A DNA stretch of 64,000 bases from contig CDLV01000005.1 of assembly GCA_001244265.2 (NCBI GenBank), positions 992,001 to 1,056,000 on the forward strand, read 5' to 3'. The stretch is from Microbotryum violaceum. Taxonomy: Eukaryota. Below the pieces are notes generated by a model. It was given only the letters and a program-made list of their open reading frames with translations. It did not search any database and was not told the origin of the DNA. A program made the translations under genes and the position numbers. This document shows positions 37,806 to 52,049 of the stretch, one piece after another (within the stretch, counting starts at the first letter, position 1; every line of letters begins with the position of its first letter).

Positions 37806-38623
37806 GCCTTCAACTTATGAAAGTTTCTTGGACAGTTTGTTGATGTCATCCTTGTAGTTGTTGACTACTTTCTCGGTGACGGTAGAAGTATCTACTGAGG
37901 AGACGTCTAAGTCCATCCTCGCGGCGTCAAGGTTCTGCGAAGCTTGAGCCTTCTCGTCTTTAGCCATCTGTTTGCAAAGCTATCGTTACCGGCAGCATTT
38001 GAGAAATCCTTCCACGCAGCATTACACATACGAGAAATGATTCCCTGAGTGACATCGTCGAGAGATTCACCAGGAGTGACAGAGAGTGCGATCCTGCGAA
38101 GCTGAGGCTCCCAGGTCTCAAGTCTCATCTTCACAGCTAGGTGACTGAGGTCAATACCTAGCTTAGCTTGTTCTAAAGCTTCCTGTTTCTTCTCAATCAA
38201 CGTATCAAGTAGGTCACGACGACACTTCAAGATAGTTTGATCGACGATAGTCTGAGCGGCGCGTTGCAATTCCAAGCCACCTTTGTCGAAAGGGGTGCCC
38301 CCATCAATGGTAAAGGGTTTAATCGATACATTGATGTTGGTAGGGAATTGATCGGCTTCCCTCTGCTTTTGAAGCTTTGGGATCGCGCTGGTGCAAGACT
38401 CCTTCAAGTCATATGCACCAGTCCAGAGCTTGGTGGCATCTGGAATCAGACTCTCGGTCAGAACCTTGTAATAAGATCCTGAACCGATGCCTCCTTGTTT
38501 CAAAGCGTTGTCCAGGTTAGGAGTGGCTACGTTCAGAATACTCTGGACAGCAGCTACTCCATTGCCCTTCTGAGACGCTCGAGACTTGGAAACAGACATG
38601 TTGGCCTTCTCCAAGGGCAACAT
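37409..38623 (-). pseudogene. PLE ORF1 (helical/coiled-coil protein with basic tail), disrupted
   Basis: ORF 37907-38797 (likely ATG 38623); apparent frameshift near 37970; TAA at 37815-37817; putative intron 37718-37802; K/Q/S-rich tail to stop 37409. Confidence 0.6.
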
Positions 38624-39109
38624 GGGCAAGGGACCAGATGGGGGATTCAAACCAGGAAAGGGGGAGGGGGGGGGGGGGTGGAGTGGAAGGAATACGATGA
38701 ACACAAGAAGTGTGTGATAGGACTGGTGCCAGCAGTCCTCCCGGGGCTTGGCAGCTCGGCCAGAGAAGAGGGTGCTCACTATTGCAGATCTGGGCACTGT
38801 ACACGGTCAGGGCCTCAAATCTGTCCGGGAAAGGAAGTCTGTAGGTATGACAGTGGTGGGAAGGACTCGTGTTGATTTCAGTACGATGCACCTCGATGTA
38901 GCGGCTTGGGTTGAGTCGATGCGAAGGCTGTGGCACGGCTGCGAAGCTCGAGGCTGCGAAGGGGTAGGAGCGTCTCTAGTTACGTGACGTCGATAGATGA
39001 CCTATTGTGAGATAGTGGGTCGCTAAAGGTCAATCGACTGTAACAGAGCGACTAGGCGAGATGTGATATCGAGTGCGTGGTGGAGAAGAGAGAAAAACAG
39101 CTAGGCCAA

Positions 39110-39648
<539 letters not shown>

Positions 39649-40161
39649 TCATTCGTCAAGACGACTACCTACTTCAAGTTTCTAACCCTGTGGCCTCTAA
39701 ATTCGCCTTCATCGGCGCGCACAGGCACACGATAGAAGCCGTCTCATGCAATTGATCTTGTGCCTCGCGACCCCTCGCGGCCGTCGGCCGTCGGGCCTTT
39801 CGTAATCGAGAATAGCCGACAGAAAGCGGAGGTTCGCGAGGTCTGTGCAGAAGTTGCAACGGTTTGTGCCGCAAATCTGGCCGTCTGGATGACACGCGGG
39901 CTTTTTGTTGTAGTAATGAGTGCGACGGAGGATTATGGGGATCGGATCCGCAAGTTGTCGGGGTCGGATAGCTTCGTGCCTTTTATTTTTTCGACAATTC
40001 GCACAGTGGTTGGTAATGGCGCGATCCCACTGATCTCGATCGAGATTTTGATGAGCCATTACTCCTTGCTCTCACTACTTCTCGGAAGGAGATCACGAGA
40101 ACACGTCTGGATTCGGTTGCAGCGCTGATGTAGTTTGTGCAGATGAGAAAATTGTGCAAGC

Positions 40162-41888
40162 TTATTGTGTAGACCACAGAGGGCCGGGATATAGTGTTGC
40201 GATGGGAAGGACATAACGCCACGGGCCTTGCCAGTGTTGCGGTCGGGGTATACCTCGAGCGATGCCCATCTCGAGCCTGGTTCATGAAAATGAGTGCGGT
40301 CAGCGCCTAGACTTATAGAGAAACAATCAAGGCAACGCACTGACCAACAACTCGAAAGAAGCACTCCCGGCCCCGCGATCCAGAACAGCGTCCACACCGC
40401 TCCCAGGGTTTTTCCCACCTTTCGCTTCGTCATCGAAGTGAAAGCCCCTTCCACAACGACACCCACACCCTGTGATAAGAAGTAAATGACTGAGCCCCAC
40501 CGTGTTGTCCATGGGAGATGAGCGGGGTTAGAGATGTGGAAGGTGTGTAGCGCCGACCACAAGGCGTGTTCGTGCAGCCAAGCACTGATGGCGAATACAG
40601 CCATGACGGCGGCGGCTTGAGCGATGGTCTTCCCTAAAATAGGTGAGACGATAGCCATCGTTGGTTCGTATCCGAGGGCCTTGAAGGGCCGTGCGAAGAA
40701 ATAGTGCCACTGCTCCGACCAGAATTTAGCCACGCTCGTCGGGAGACGAATCTGGCACAGTCGGGGATACTGGCGCGGGTCGAAAGGTGGCGGTCGCAGG
40801 CGTACGGGTAAGATGGTGCGGAGTAGTCCAGTCAGCGTGAACAACATTAACGAGACGCATGTGAAGCCGAGGGTCAATCCAGCGAGGGCGGCCACGCCGA
40901 GCGAGAGCGCAGCACACGAAAAGGCCAATGATTCGACGCGGGCAACCGACAAGGAAGGGAAGTGACGTGCAATCGCGCTCGCTCGGGTCGAATGGGGCGT
41001 CAAGATGATGTACGAACATGTCACGAGGGTACAGTGGGACCAGACCAGGTCGAGTAGCACCCGTCGGAGGTACTTGGCGTGACTCATTGGGTGAGGTCGA
41101 GTCGAGCATCGAGGTGGGGGTCCGAACGCCCATCCTATCCCCCGCATCGACACGAGGAGGTGGAGTGTCCAGGACAGAATCTGAACGGGCGAGTCATTCT
41201 CTGCGGCCTTGCGACGTAATGCCTCGAGTTGTTCCTTGCGCTGGCGAGTCGGATCCACATTGCTAGGCTTGCCGTGGCCATGTTTGGAGCTCGTCTCGGC
41301 GAGAGAGTGTTGACGGGTATATCCTCGTTCGTCAAATCCAACCCATGTATACGGTGACAGGTCTTGTACAAAGGCAAACTCGAGGGCTGCATATGGGATA
41401 TTGAAAGTGATTAGGCCTGCACAACCTTCGGCTGCTCGATGGAATTCAAGATCCGCCAGACACTCACTCTTCATGATGGCGTAGGCCCCCATGACGCCGA
41501 CGACTCCGAAGTTGACGCCGACCGAGGCCTCCCTCGGCTCAAAGCCATACTCGAAGCTCAAGCGCGCGGCGTAGTAGAGCCCCAAGGGCAGTAACAGCAG
41601 CCTAGCCGGGGTTGAGATGGCTCTTGGGAAAATGGGGTGCAGCAGCAAGGCTTGGAGGGAGACAGGCACGAGGAAGGTGAGGAGGCCGAATGGTAGAAAT
41701 CGGGGAAGGGACGAAGGCGACGATGAGTGGGGCCGAGTGAGTAGATGGTGGGCGTTTGCGGTGCCAGGCAGCTCCAACAGCGACTGTAGCCAGCTCTTGG
41801 CGAGCGTCGTATCGAGCATGATGGAGCTCGACCCAGTCGTGCTGTCGACGGCTGTCGGGGGGCTGAATTTGGTCCTGTCTACAATCAT
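40162..41888 (-). CDS. Membrane-bound O-acyltransferase (MBOAT_2 / wax synthase-like)
   Basis: Multiple TM segments; SMRGIGWAFG, TSVAKFWSEQWHYFF, VFAISAWLHE (catalytic His), FLSQGVGVVVE. Confidence 0.88.
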
Positions 41889-42177
41889 GAGAAAGCGATC
41901 CCGTGACCCCGTCGATCAACGCTCAGGCCTCGGGCCTCAGGCTCAGGCTGTCGACGCGCGCGGCCGAGGTAGGGGCCGAGGTGGAGCTGATTTGTAATGG
42001 CGAAAATCCATCATCCGACAAGCAATGGTAATGCGCATGGTTTGGCGGTTTGGGCCCCCACAGTCTCGGATACCCGAGTCGCGGCTGTCCCCCTGTGTCG
42101 ACGCATCCCTTCCTATCTCGCTCACGAAGACTGCCTCACTCCCACGCCAACCTTTCATATAAACCACCCCGCCACCA

Positions 42178-43257
42178 TGTCCGACATCCCTACGTCTGTG
42201 CCTGTGCAGGAACCGGCTCTCGCGGCGTCGGCTCCGTTTGCGACGTCATCCGAGCCCCAAACGGCGCCGGTTGCCGCTGCTGGTCAGGCCAGCGCCTCGA
42301 GCGACGGCAATGAGAACAGTACCAGCGGCACCACCGTTACGAGCACTGAGGCCCCAGCCCCCTTTCAGACGGGTACGCCTGCCAACGAGGACATCTTGCC
42401 ATCAGGCACGGGTGCGATGGGCCACACCGACCTGGCTGCTCCCTCAGCCTCATCAGACGAGCTCGCCACCGGTGGCCCTACCACTGCTGCCACCCCACAC
42501 GAGGTCGTTCAGGAACCCAAGCCGATCCCCACCACGCCTGCGCCTGCGACCGAACCCATCGTCAAGTCGATCGAGAAGGCCCCACAACGCACGACTAACG
42601 GTTACGGTCACACCAAAGACGACCAGACCGAACCTGCAGTCGCTGCAGCACCCTCTGCAGCCACCGAGCCAGCTGCTGAGTCTCCCTCCGCTAGCGCAAC
42701 CGAGATTATTGCCGAATCAGGATCGGTCGTCGACAAGGTCGTAGACGTCGCCGAGGAAGTCAAGGACGCCGTCGTTGACAGGGTTGAGCAAGTGAAGGAA
42801 TTCGTCGTCGACACCGTCAGCAATGGAGAACCCACAACGGGCGACAAGCGGCCCTTGGACGGCGCCGAAGCACAGGAGAAGGTGAGGTTCAACGGCTGCC
42901 ACAAGAGGATCAATGAATGAAAATACTAAATGAGCTTCTTGCTGACGTGCATTGATTGCACTTATCTAGACTACCGAAAGCGAGGGCATGGCGGTCGATA
43001 CCCCCGAAAAGGCTGAGCCTTTGTCCGAGGCCACCCCAGCCGACCCGGCCCCCACTGCCGAGGCAGAACCCCCTGCCGAGACGGTGAGTTTGCCACAACC
43101 CCAGCCCCTTTCGACTGGCTTGACCAACACATTATCACCACACCAGGGCGAACCCCCCGTGAAGAAAGCGAAAAAGGCCGTTCCCGAGAAAACGGCCGTT
43201 GCTCCGACTCGTCGCTCATCACGTTCGACTCGATCAACGGCCAGTCTCGCCGAATAG
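42178..43257 (+). CDS. Hypothetical low-complexity Ala/Pro/Thr/Glu-rich protein (2 exons)
   Basis: ORFs 41997-42920 and 42988-43257 joined by a GT-AG intron. Basic C-terminus PTRRSSRSTRS. Confidence 0.6.
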
Positions 43258-43489
43258 AGCAAGCTCAGACACAAAAATCACAAGCCTGAACGGAGGGTAG
43301 AAACATAAACCCAATCTCTAAAACCACCAACCTTTTTCTTTTTAGACTGTAATGAATTACAAGGAATATCAGTGTCGCGCTCTTTGTCGTACACCCTATA
43401 AGCGCATACACCCATATCCAGGAGCCATACCCCACAATGTCTCTTGTTACAATGAGTTCCCTGAGTGTACCCTACAAAAGCCCTAAGAC

Positions 43490-46300
43490 TCATGATGCGC
43501 CCTCCTCAAACTCAAACTCTTGCCTTTCATCATACTCCCACGTCCGAATTAGCCCATCCGATCCATGACTCGCCAACAAGCTCTGCTTATCGTTCCACAC
43601 CGCGCCGTAGACAATCCCACGGTGCCCTTCGAGCGTTTGCAACACCTCCGAACTCTCCCGATCCCACATGTACAAAACGCCATCTTCGGATCCGGAGACG
43701 AGCAGACTCGCGTGAGCGAACGACGCTCGAACGAAGTTGTGTGATGTGTTGGAATGGGCTTTAAAGCGTTTCAAGGGCCGTAGCTGTCCAGAAGAGATTT
43801 TCCTGCGTCAGATCAATATTCACCGAGTCCGTATTCGGTCGGCTGACTTTCCACTCACCATCCTGACATCCCACAATCGCACCGAGTTATCCCTCGACGA
43901 AGTGAGCAGATACGAATCACTCATATCGACGGACGTGACCTCTCCAAGCTGGGCATTGAGCGTTCGGATACACAGGCCTGAGACAGAATCCCAGAAGCGC
44001 ACATTCGAGTCCTTGGACCCGCTGACGATGAGGTTGCCCAACGGGTTGAACATGACTGATGAGATTGAGAGCGAGTGGCCTGCACGTGCGAAGCATCAGA
44101 GACGTTCAGCCAGTAGCTCCTAACGAGTCATTGATGTCCGGCTTACCTGTGAAGGTTTTGAGTATCGTCCCTGATTCAACATCAAATAGTCGAACGATCT
44201 TGTCGTATCCACCCGTGACAAGGTGTTGCTGTGGGCCCAGCGACAGAGGATCAGCTCCAGGCACCTAGGTCAAACGTGCTTTCTCGGTCCCACTTACTCC
44301 ACTAGGGTGCCACCGTGCCGAGTAAACATCACCATGATTCCCTTCCAACGTCGTCACGCATCGCTCCGCTTCAACCTCGTCCCGCCAATCCCACACCTTG
44401 ACCGTCTTGTCTCCACTCGCACTCAGTAGCCGCTCTCCATCCTGCGTCGCGTCAACATCCCATACCCGACTTCGGTGACCCGTATAAACCGCCAGACAAC
44501 GCGCCGAACGGGTCTCCCATACTCTCACCGAGTTGTCGGACGAGCCCGAGACGAGTTGTGCCCCTTCGGCCCCGATGAATCGTACGGATTTGACGTTCGC
44601 ACGGTGGCCTTCGAACGTGCCTGCGACAGCGTTCGGCACAACAAAAGGGGTGTAATCTTTCAAGAGACTTTGACGATGGTCAAAAATGGTGCGTGTCAGT
44701 CGACGAACAGCAACACGGTTCTTCCGGGCTGCGCACTCACGTGCGTATGACAGGAGCCTGCCGAGGTCGAAATCGAGACAGCTCGAGCTGGAACGAGACG
44801 GCTTGTTCGAGCATCGTCACAAGGCGTCCGGGTGGGACGTATGCACTCTCTGTAGAACGGATTCGGGATTAGCATTGAGCATCCTCGGACCATCATGAAG
44901 TTTATGAAGTGCCGAACGTCAAAACACACCTTCCTCTTTCTCATCCCGCTCTCTTTCGACCATCTGCTCAAGCACATCACAGAGCTTCTCGCGCGCAGAG
45001 CTGACCCCTTCCCATGCTTTGAAGGAAGGAGCGTCGTGAACCGATTTGGCAGAAAGCAGATAGCACAAGTCCTTGAAATCGGCAGGGGTCGGTTGATAGT
45101 GCTCAAGGGGTTTGAGGCGCTTGTTGAGTAGGGTGAAGGCCTGACCGAAAGTGGAGGGGACTCGTCAGCTTGGGTTCAAAGAGAACTCAGGACTCAGACA
45201 GCTCCGCGGACGCACCTTTTGCAGCTCGCGATATTCGATATCTGCAAACGGTGTGGGGGTCGAAGTCCGCATCAGTATTGCCAAAAACGATATGCGGCTC
45301 AGAGCTCTGTATGGTTGAGGGCTGGCTCACGTTCAAGGAATTCTATCACATCACATACAAAACCATTGTCAGCAAGTAGGCAACACTCGCACAGCCGTGG
45401 AATGATTCACGTTGGCGGTAGAGAGAATAGAGCAGAGCATTCTGGGTCCTGACGAGCGGCCCTTTGCTAACGATTTGATCGACTTCGGCCCAATCTCCCT
45501 CTGTCAATCACGGAGGCCATCAGTATACATGGCTATGCCCAATGCAAACATCAGTTCGAGAAACTCCCACCCAATATGGCTCGCTTGAGGTTCCTGGTCT
45601 GTACTTGGCGCTCGCCTTTTTCTTTGGCTTTGAGGTTGGCTTCGTCGTGCAGGACCAACTTGGTCGCCATGTAGCCTTCCTCGCTGAGGTACTGTTCTAT
45701 CAATCGGAGGATGTCCTGCGGGTGAGGATAATGCGAAGTGCTTGTCAGCGACGAATGCATCTCCCTCCCGCAAGCCCGGCACTCCCTGCGGCCAATCTCA
45801 AGTGGGGGCGGAGGTCATCGACGGCACATGTGGGACGCACCCCCTTGATCTTGGGGTCGTCCTTAGGCAGGGAAGTTGAGGACACATCCAGAGGTGATCC
45901 AGCATCCTCAAGTGCTCGAGCCTTCTGCAACAGTCTGTAGGGTCATCCCAAGTCCAACAAGTTCATCTCCCAGGGTCAACTACGGTTTGGTCACTTCGAC
46001 TTGTAGCAGCACTTGCACTTGTCTCCTTGAGAGTGGTCTTGCCGTGTTCCTTCTCGCAGGCGGGTAAGCTTCACGTGAAGGAGGAAGCTGCTTGAGACTT
46101 TCTGCGAAGCGATTGGAGCCACTGGTCGAAGCCACCGGAGCACTTGAGCCTGTCGTCGTCGTCGCCATCTCAAGGTGGTGTCGAGGCCGTTCGTCATCGT
46201 CATCGTCATCATCGTGAAGCTGTGGCAATAGACCCCGTTGGATTCGGTTCGAAGGTCGGGGTGTCGAATGCCCTTCTTCTTCGCCCGCGAGATGATCCAT
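43490..46300 (-). CDS. LisH/CTLH and WD40-repeat protein
   Basis: ILRLIEQYLSEEGYMATKLVLHDEAN (LisH), LKRAIL.GDW (CTLH), several GH...WD repeats (FEGHRANVKSV, YTGHRSRVWDV, LEGHRGIVY). Confidence 0.88.
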
Positions 46301-46701
46301 CGCCAGCGACGGTCGAAGCTCTCGCGCGCAGAGGGAGAGGAGAAGGAGAGAGCGAGCTCATCACCCGACAAATTGGACGACTGGTCCGGACAAGATTAGG
46401 CAATCCGAGACAAAAGCGTGATTGACAAGGGAACATGGGCCACCCTGGGGCATATAGTGCTACGACCCGGACATTAGAGACAAACAAGCACGCATGAAAT
46501 AGTGTATAATAGGCGAGCATCCCGAAGGTGGCATCGGCGACGGGAAAGACCGAGCGCCTTGGTAACGTGTATGGGGTGGGTGGCGGGAAAGTGGCTGACA
46601 GAGGACGATAGCGATAGGAATACAACAGCAGAAGCAAACTTGAGGAATAAAAGGATCATCGTCATCGATATACAATGGGCCGCCGACGAAACGTCGACTC
46701 C

Positions 46702-49191
46702 TCAATACCGCTGCTGCCCGTTCGGTGCCAGATTTTGCACCGATGATCCTCGACGGTCGGCACCGCTAGCGACAGGGCAGTTCGCATGAGCTTGCAGGAT
46801 GGCACGAAGGGATTGTATCTCCTCCTTGAGGTTCGTCACAGTTGCCTGGAGCGTGTCGTTATCGGTCGTAAGCGACTCGACCTTGTACTGCAGGTTCGCG
46901 AGCCACGTCTTTTTTCGCTGGCGACATTTGAGTGCCGCTGCAAGGGTGAAGGGCCGAGTTAAGGACAGTCAGAAATCATCTTCGGACGAAGATACTGATA
47001 TAAGCTCACCTTGTCGATTCCTCTCAAGGAAGTTCTTCCGCTTCTCCTCTTCCGTCTCGTTGGGGTTCGATGGTGCAGGGCTGGGATTGCTCTGCCCCTC
47101 CCCCTCAAGCTGATCCATGTCGTCATCCATGTCGTCGTCCATCCCGTCCAACGAGACGGCCTTGGCTGCCGAAGCGCGCTTGCTCTTCTTCGCAGGCGCG
47201 ACCTTGGGCTTGGTCTCCTCAGCCTCGGCCTTTTTTCGCTTGTTCGCTGCAGCTCCGCCACCCGCCGCTCCGCGCTTGCTCTTCGCCGGGGCAGCTGCCC
47301 CATTCCCAGGTTGAGAACCTCCGTTCGCCGAGGGCGCGGGAGATTCCGTCTGGGTGGGATTCGACACTGAGGTCGTCGATGTAGGTGCACCAACCGAGGT
47401 CGGGGCCACGATGCCAACGGTCGTACCACCCGCCTGCTTCAAAGCCGCCGCCTTCTCCTGGGCGATTCGCTCCAACGGAGTCGTGTGGCCGTGGAAACCG
47501 GGTGTGGCGAGGCCTGACAGCGCTGCCGCAGCCACGAGGGCATCGTCGTTGTGAGAGTCAGTTTGCCCGAGGTTGTAAAGAGCCTCGACGCCGTTGTTGG
47601 GGGGAAAGCCGGCTGAACCAAGGTGCAGAGGGCCGGGTCCAGGATGGTGGGCACGTTGCGAGTAGCTATTATTGAAATTCGACTGAGGCTGTCCGTACGG
47701 AGTTTGTTGTGGGTAGAAAGCGGCCTGAGGCGGATGCACCTGATTCTGGAGATGCGAAGGGTGCATCACACCGTGCCCTACTCGGCCATTGGGACCCATC
47801 TGAGATTGCCGATGGTGAGACGAGAAGTCGGGCGCTTGCACAGAGCCACCTTCGTGCTTCCCCGACGCCGCTCGTGCAAAGCTGGCCTCGAAGTTGTTGG
47901 CCTCGTTCGGGCCTTCGTGTGGCCTAGGTCCTCCACCCACCAACCCTGCCGCCGCTGCTGCCTCGGCCGTACCAGGGGTGTTGTTCGTCATCATTGCGAA
48001 CAACGCCGCCGTCGCCGGGGAGGGCGGAGGGAACGAGACGCCTCCGCCAGACGAGGTCTCACCTCCGAGGGGCGTCAAGCCAGTCCGCATCATTGAAGGG
48101 TCAAAAGGCGCACCGCCCATCATTCCCGGCGTGAATGATTGCTGTGGCCAGCCGAACTGAGAGAGGTCGTTCCCCGGGGTCGGGATCATAGGAAAGTGCG
48201 CAATCTTGTTCAAGCCGCCAGGGGTCTGACGGTTCGCGAGACTGTTGGGACTGATCGAGCGAGCTCGACGCGACACGTGCCCCGCGAAAGATGGCGTTTG
48301 GCTACCGTAGCCACTGCGAGAGATGATGGGCCCCGGAGGCTCCGGACCCGAGAAGGACTGCTCAAAAGGGTTCGGCTCCTGGTCGAGTTGGTGTCCTCCA
48401 TCCGGATCGAAAGCGCCGCCGCGCGAGATAGGGTCGGAAGATGCACGCATGTGACGTGAGTGTCCTGATCAAGATGGGGTCGCGAAGATTGGCCTTTGGG
48501 TTAGCTACGGTGCTATCATAGATAATGGGGTGTGACATCCAAAGGATAGTGCGCCAGTCCACACTAGGACCTAAGCGGGTGCGTGAATCGACTTCCCGAC
48601 GCTTCCTGCCCGAGAGCGCGGTGGACGCCATATCTGGCTACCTGGATAGGGCCCATTATTCATCACCTCGAGCTCGCGACCCATAGAAGGACCATACTCG
48701 AAGCATCTGTTTCCAAGGACCGAACGTTCGAGTTCGGCGATATCACAAGTGGAGCGCTGCTCGCCTCGGATATCAATTTGACAGGAAAGCCTCCGCAGCT
48801 GACATCGAGAAAGTTGGCGCTGATCGGCACACCACAGCAACAATCGGCATGCGCGCCAGCCTTTGACCGGACGAACGAAGCAGAGGCGCGAGACACGAGA
48901 CGCACCCAATTGCTCACTCTCCTCGCGCTTGGGCATGCCGTTGTCCATGCCATGAAGCTGAGGTGGGTACTGATAGGATGCGGGCGGTCCTACGGAATGG
49001 TGGTGTTGCTGGTGCAGATGCGCTTGAGGGTGATGCTGCTGCTGCTGAGCTTGAGAATGGTGCTGGGCGTGAGCGTCGGTCGAAGGCGTGCCGCCTTGGC
49101 CGCCGTGGCCGCTGTGGGCGTGGGTATGGGCGTGGTGCGGCGCGGGGTTGGGCGCTGCGACCGGGACTCGTCGAGATGAGCGGGTCGTCAT
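46702..49191 (-). CDS. ATF1: ATF/CREB-family bZIP transcription factor Atf1/AtfA
   Basis: LDQEPNPFEQSF (Aft1 OSA), MRTGLTP, FPPPSPATAALF, EEKRKNFLERNRQ|AALKCRQRKK bZIP. Confidence 0.92.
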
Positions 49192-49860
49192 CGTGACGAG
49201 GCAGCGTCGTCGTCGTGCGTCGTTGACCGAGGCGAGAGTGACTAGGCTTCAGTCGAGATCGCGCCAGGCCAAGGTCGTATAGGGGTCTAGGCTCTGCAGG
49301 AGCTATGCCGAGCGATCGCGAGAGGGTTGGTGGGCTCTACGGGCTGCCGTGCTGGCAGTGACGTCGATTTTTGTCGGGCGGCGAGCGGGCGGGCGAGGGC
49401 AGGTCGTCAGGGACGGTGGCGAAGGGGTGGCGAGAGTCGATGCACCAAACCGCGAAGAAGCGGTGTGATCCCAGACCGTCCTTTCGGCGTCGAACACACC
49501 TCGATCAAGCGTCGAGGCAAGTGGGGGTTGACGTTGTGGTGCTTTGCGAGGCCCACAGGTCGTCGATGAGGTAATCGTCCAGAGGGCAAAACCCACAATG
49601 ACGTTGCCCTTCGCCCAGAGGTCTGCGGGCGCTTGCGGGCTCTTGCGGGCGCGCGCCAATCTTTGCCTGTGACCTTTCTGAGCGGGCGTTTTCTGAGAGG
49701 GCGGCGAGCCGGCCGGTCCCTGCTAGCTCTGCTGGTGGCCTGCTCCTCGGGCGGGGCTTGGAGCCGAGGACGGCGCGGGGCCTGTGGCGCATTGCGAGGC
49801 TCAGCCTCCGTACGCCTACAGCCACCCGTATCGGCGACTTTGAAACCCCACAACGATTCG

Positions 49861-51320
49861 ATGTTTCGAAGATCGACCAATCCGAGCTCCAGATCCTACC
49901 CCTACAACAAGGGCCCATTTCAATCGCCGCAGAACTCGGTTTCTCGAGCGTCGACCGTATCGGGTTCCTCACGTGGGGCGGCTGTGGGCTCCAACAACCC
50001 CTATACCGCTGCTGCCACGAGTAACACACGCTCTGGCAATGGGACCTTCCCGGAATTGGCTGCGCTGAGTCTCAACGACGACACACCTCCCCCACCGACC
50101 TACCAGACCGCCGTCAACCAGGGTTTTCGGCAGTCTCAGGAGCTGGAACGTCATCACCCACCACCCCCACCTCAACTGGCGCCGAGGACTCCGGCCTCGG
50201 CTTCCTCCAACACCGGGGGTACGCAAGCTCACCGGCCCACTTATGGCTCTCCAACTTCCCAACAATACACCGAACACATCAGAGCGCCGTCGATCGCCTC
50301 ATTGGACCGGAGATCGAGCCTAGGAAGTGTCGCCGACAGTCCTTCGACTCTTGCACAGCCTTCAACGACCACGGGCTCTCTCGTCCATCCATCTCGAGTC
50401 GCCAGCACGTCTGCCCCCAATCGTCGCTCGAGTATCGAAGATCCTCTCGCCCCATTGGGGAAATACGACCTCTGCATCCTGTTGGACGACTCGCCGTCGA
50501 TGACGGAGCATTGGTACGAAGCTCGGGATGCTCTGATCGGCGTCGCGGAGCGGTTCGTCAGATACGACAAGGACGGCATCGACCTGTGCTTTATGAACAA
50601 TGACAATCTCAATCTCAAGAACGTGGTTGATGCTTCGACTGTCCGGGAAGCATTTGAGAATATTCAGCCGTTCGGGTCAACGCCGTAAGTTTGGGACCGA
50701 GCCAGATCTTACGGTCTTCCTGGTTCTCCGTCTAAGCCGCCCTTCGTCCCTTGCTTTCTAGAGCGGCCATGGTACTAGACGACATTCTACGCGACGTCGT
50801 CGACCGGATAGAAGATGCCAAAGCGGGCAAAGGCCCCAAAATCAAACCCCTGATCTGTATTGTCCTAACCGACGGGCGAGCCGACGACACGGACGGGTTA
50901 CGCGACCTACTCGTTGAAATGGCCAGTCGTCTCGACGAGGTTAGGGCACCGCCATTCCAGTTGGGCGTGACGTTCTTGCAAATTGGTAGCGATCCGGATG
51001 CGACGCAGTTTTTGCAGCAGTTGGATGATGATCTCAAAGCGGAGAGTGGGGTGAGGGATATCGTCGACACGTGAGCTTTACTCTTGTTTATTTTCCAACC
51101 TTGTGGGTGTGAATATCTAGCTAATGTCCTGTCACTTATCTTTGGTATAGATTAACATATCAGGGTCAACTGACGCCGGAGTTCGTGCTCAAGGTGGGTT
51201 CGCATACATCGAGGTCAGACCCCTTCTCGTCTCGCCGGTCGCTGATACCTCCACTTTCAATCACTCTCGATCTTCTCGCAGGCCGCTCTCGGATCGGTCA
51301 ACAAGAGGCTTGACGGTTGA
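49861..51320 (+). CDS. von Willebrand factor A domain protein
   Basis: LCILLDDSPSM (MIDAS), YDKDGIDLCF, PFGSTP, IVLTDGRADD, VTFLQIGSDPDATQFLQQLDDDL, RDIVDT. Confidence 0.88.
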
Positions 51321-51677
51321 GAGGAGATTACAATCGAAGGAAACCGGACTTGTTGACACAGTAGTCGATGTACTTTTTGACGAAGCCATCCGTTCATGCT
51401 ATAGTCTTCCCTGCCGCCACCCCCTCCGCGACGTATGAGTCCCCGCCTTGCCTTTTTGACCTGGAGAGTATGCTTGGCGAGCGGTGGCTCGAGCCTTTGA
51501 TGGTAATTTTGTTTGTTCGTCTGTCTTGAAGCGTTCGGCTGACTCGAGGCGTGTGTTCGCGTGACCTGTGACGCGTCGGTCGACCGCTGACGCGTGATGC
51601 AATGCCCGACACCGCATCACCGCATTCTCGGATGGTCCCCACTGTCCCACCCCATCGCTATCTATTCACTGCCCTCC

Positions 51678-52049
51678 CTACGCAGGCTCGTGCAACTCGC
51701 CCGTACTCTCAAGGTTATGGCGAGTCCCCCTCTGCAACGAGGTCCACAGCTCGACCGTCTCCGTCACTTTGACGTTGTACGTGTTGGTTTCCTACGCGTC
51801 GATGGGAAAGTGGATCAAGGTCAGCGCAGTTGGATGGGAGAAGAGGCGGAGGGATAGGTCGACTCACCGAAATAGCGGAATTGAGATGGATCATGGACTC
51901 GTTCAACTTTGCGACGGTTGACAGGATGCGCGCGATCGTGGCTGGTGGGGTATTGAAGAGAAAGGAGATGGTCAACATGTGGGGACGAGAGCTGGGGCAA
52001 AGGCGAGGTGCTAGATACCCTGTTGCTGTTCCTCGTAGGGGTTCTCCAT
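51678..52049 (-). CDS. DAD4: DASH/Dam1 complex subunit Dad4 (3 exons)
   Basis: MENPYEEQQQ|..IARILSTVAKLNESMIHLN|ETNTYNVKVTETVELWTSLQRGTRHNLESTGELHEPA*. Confidence 0.85.
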
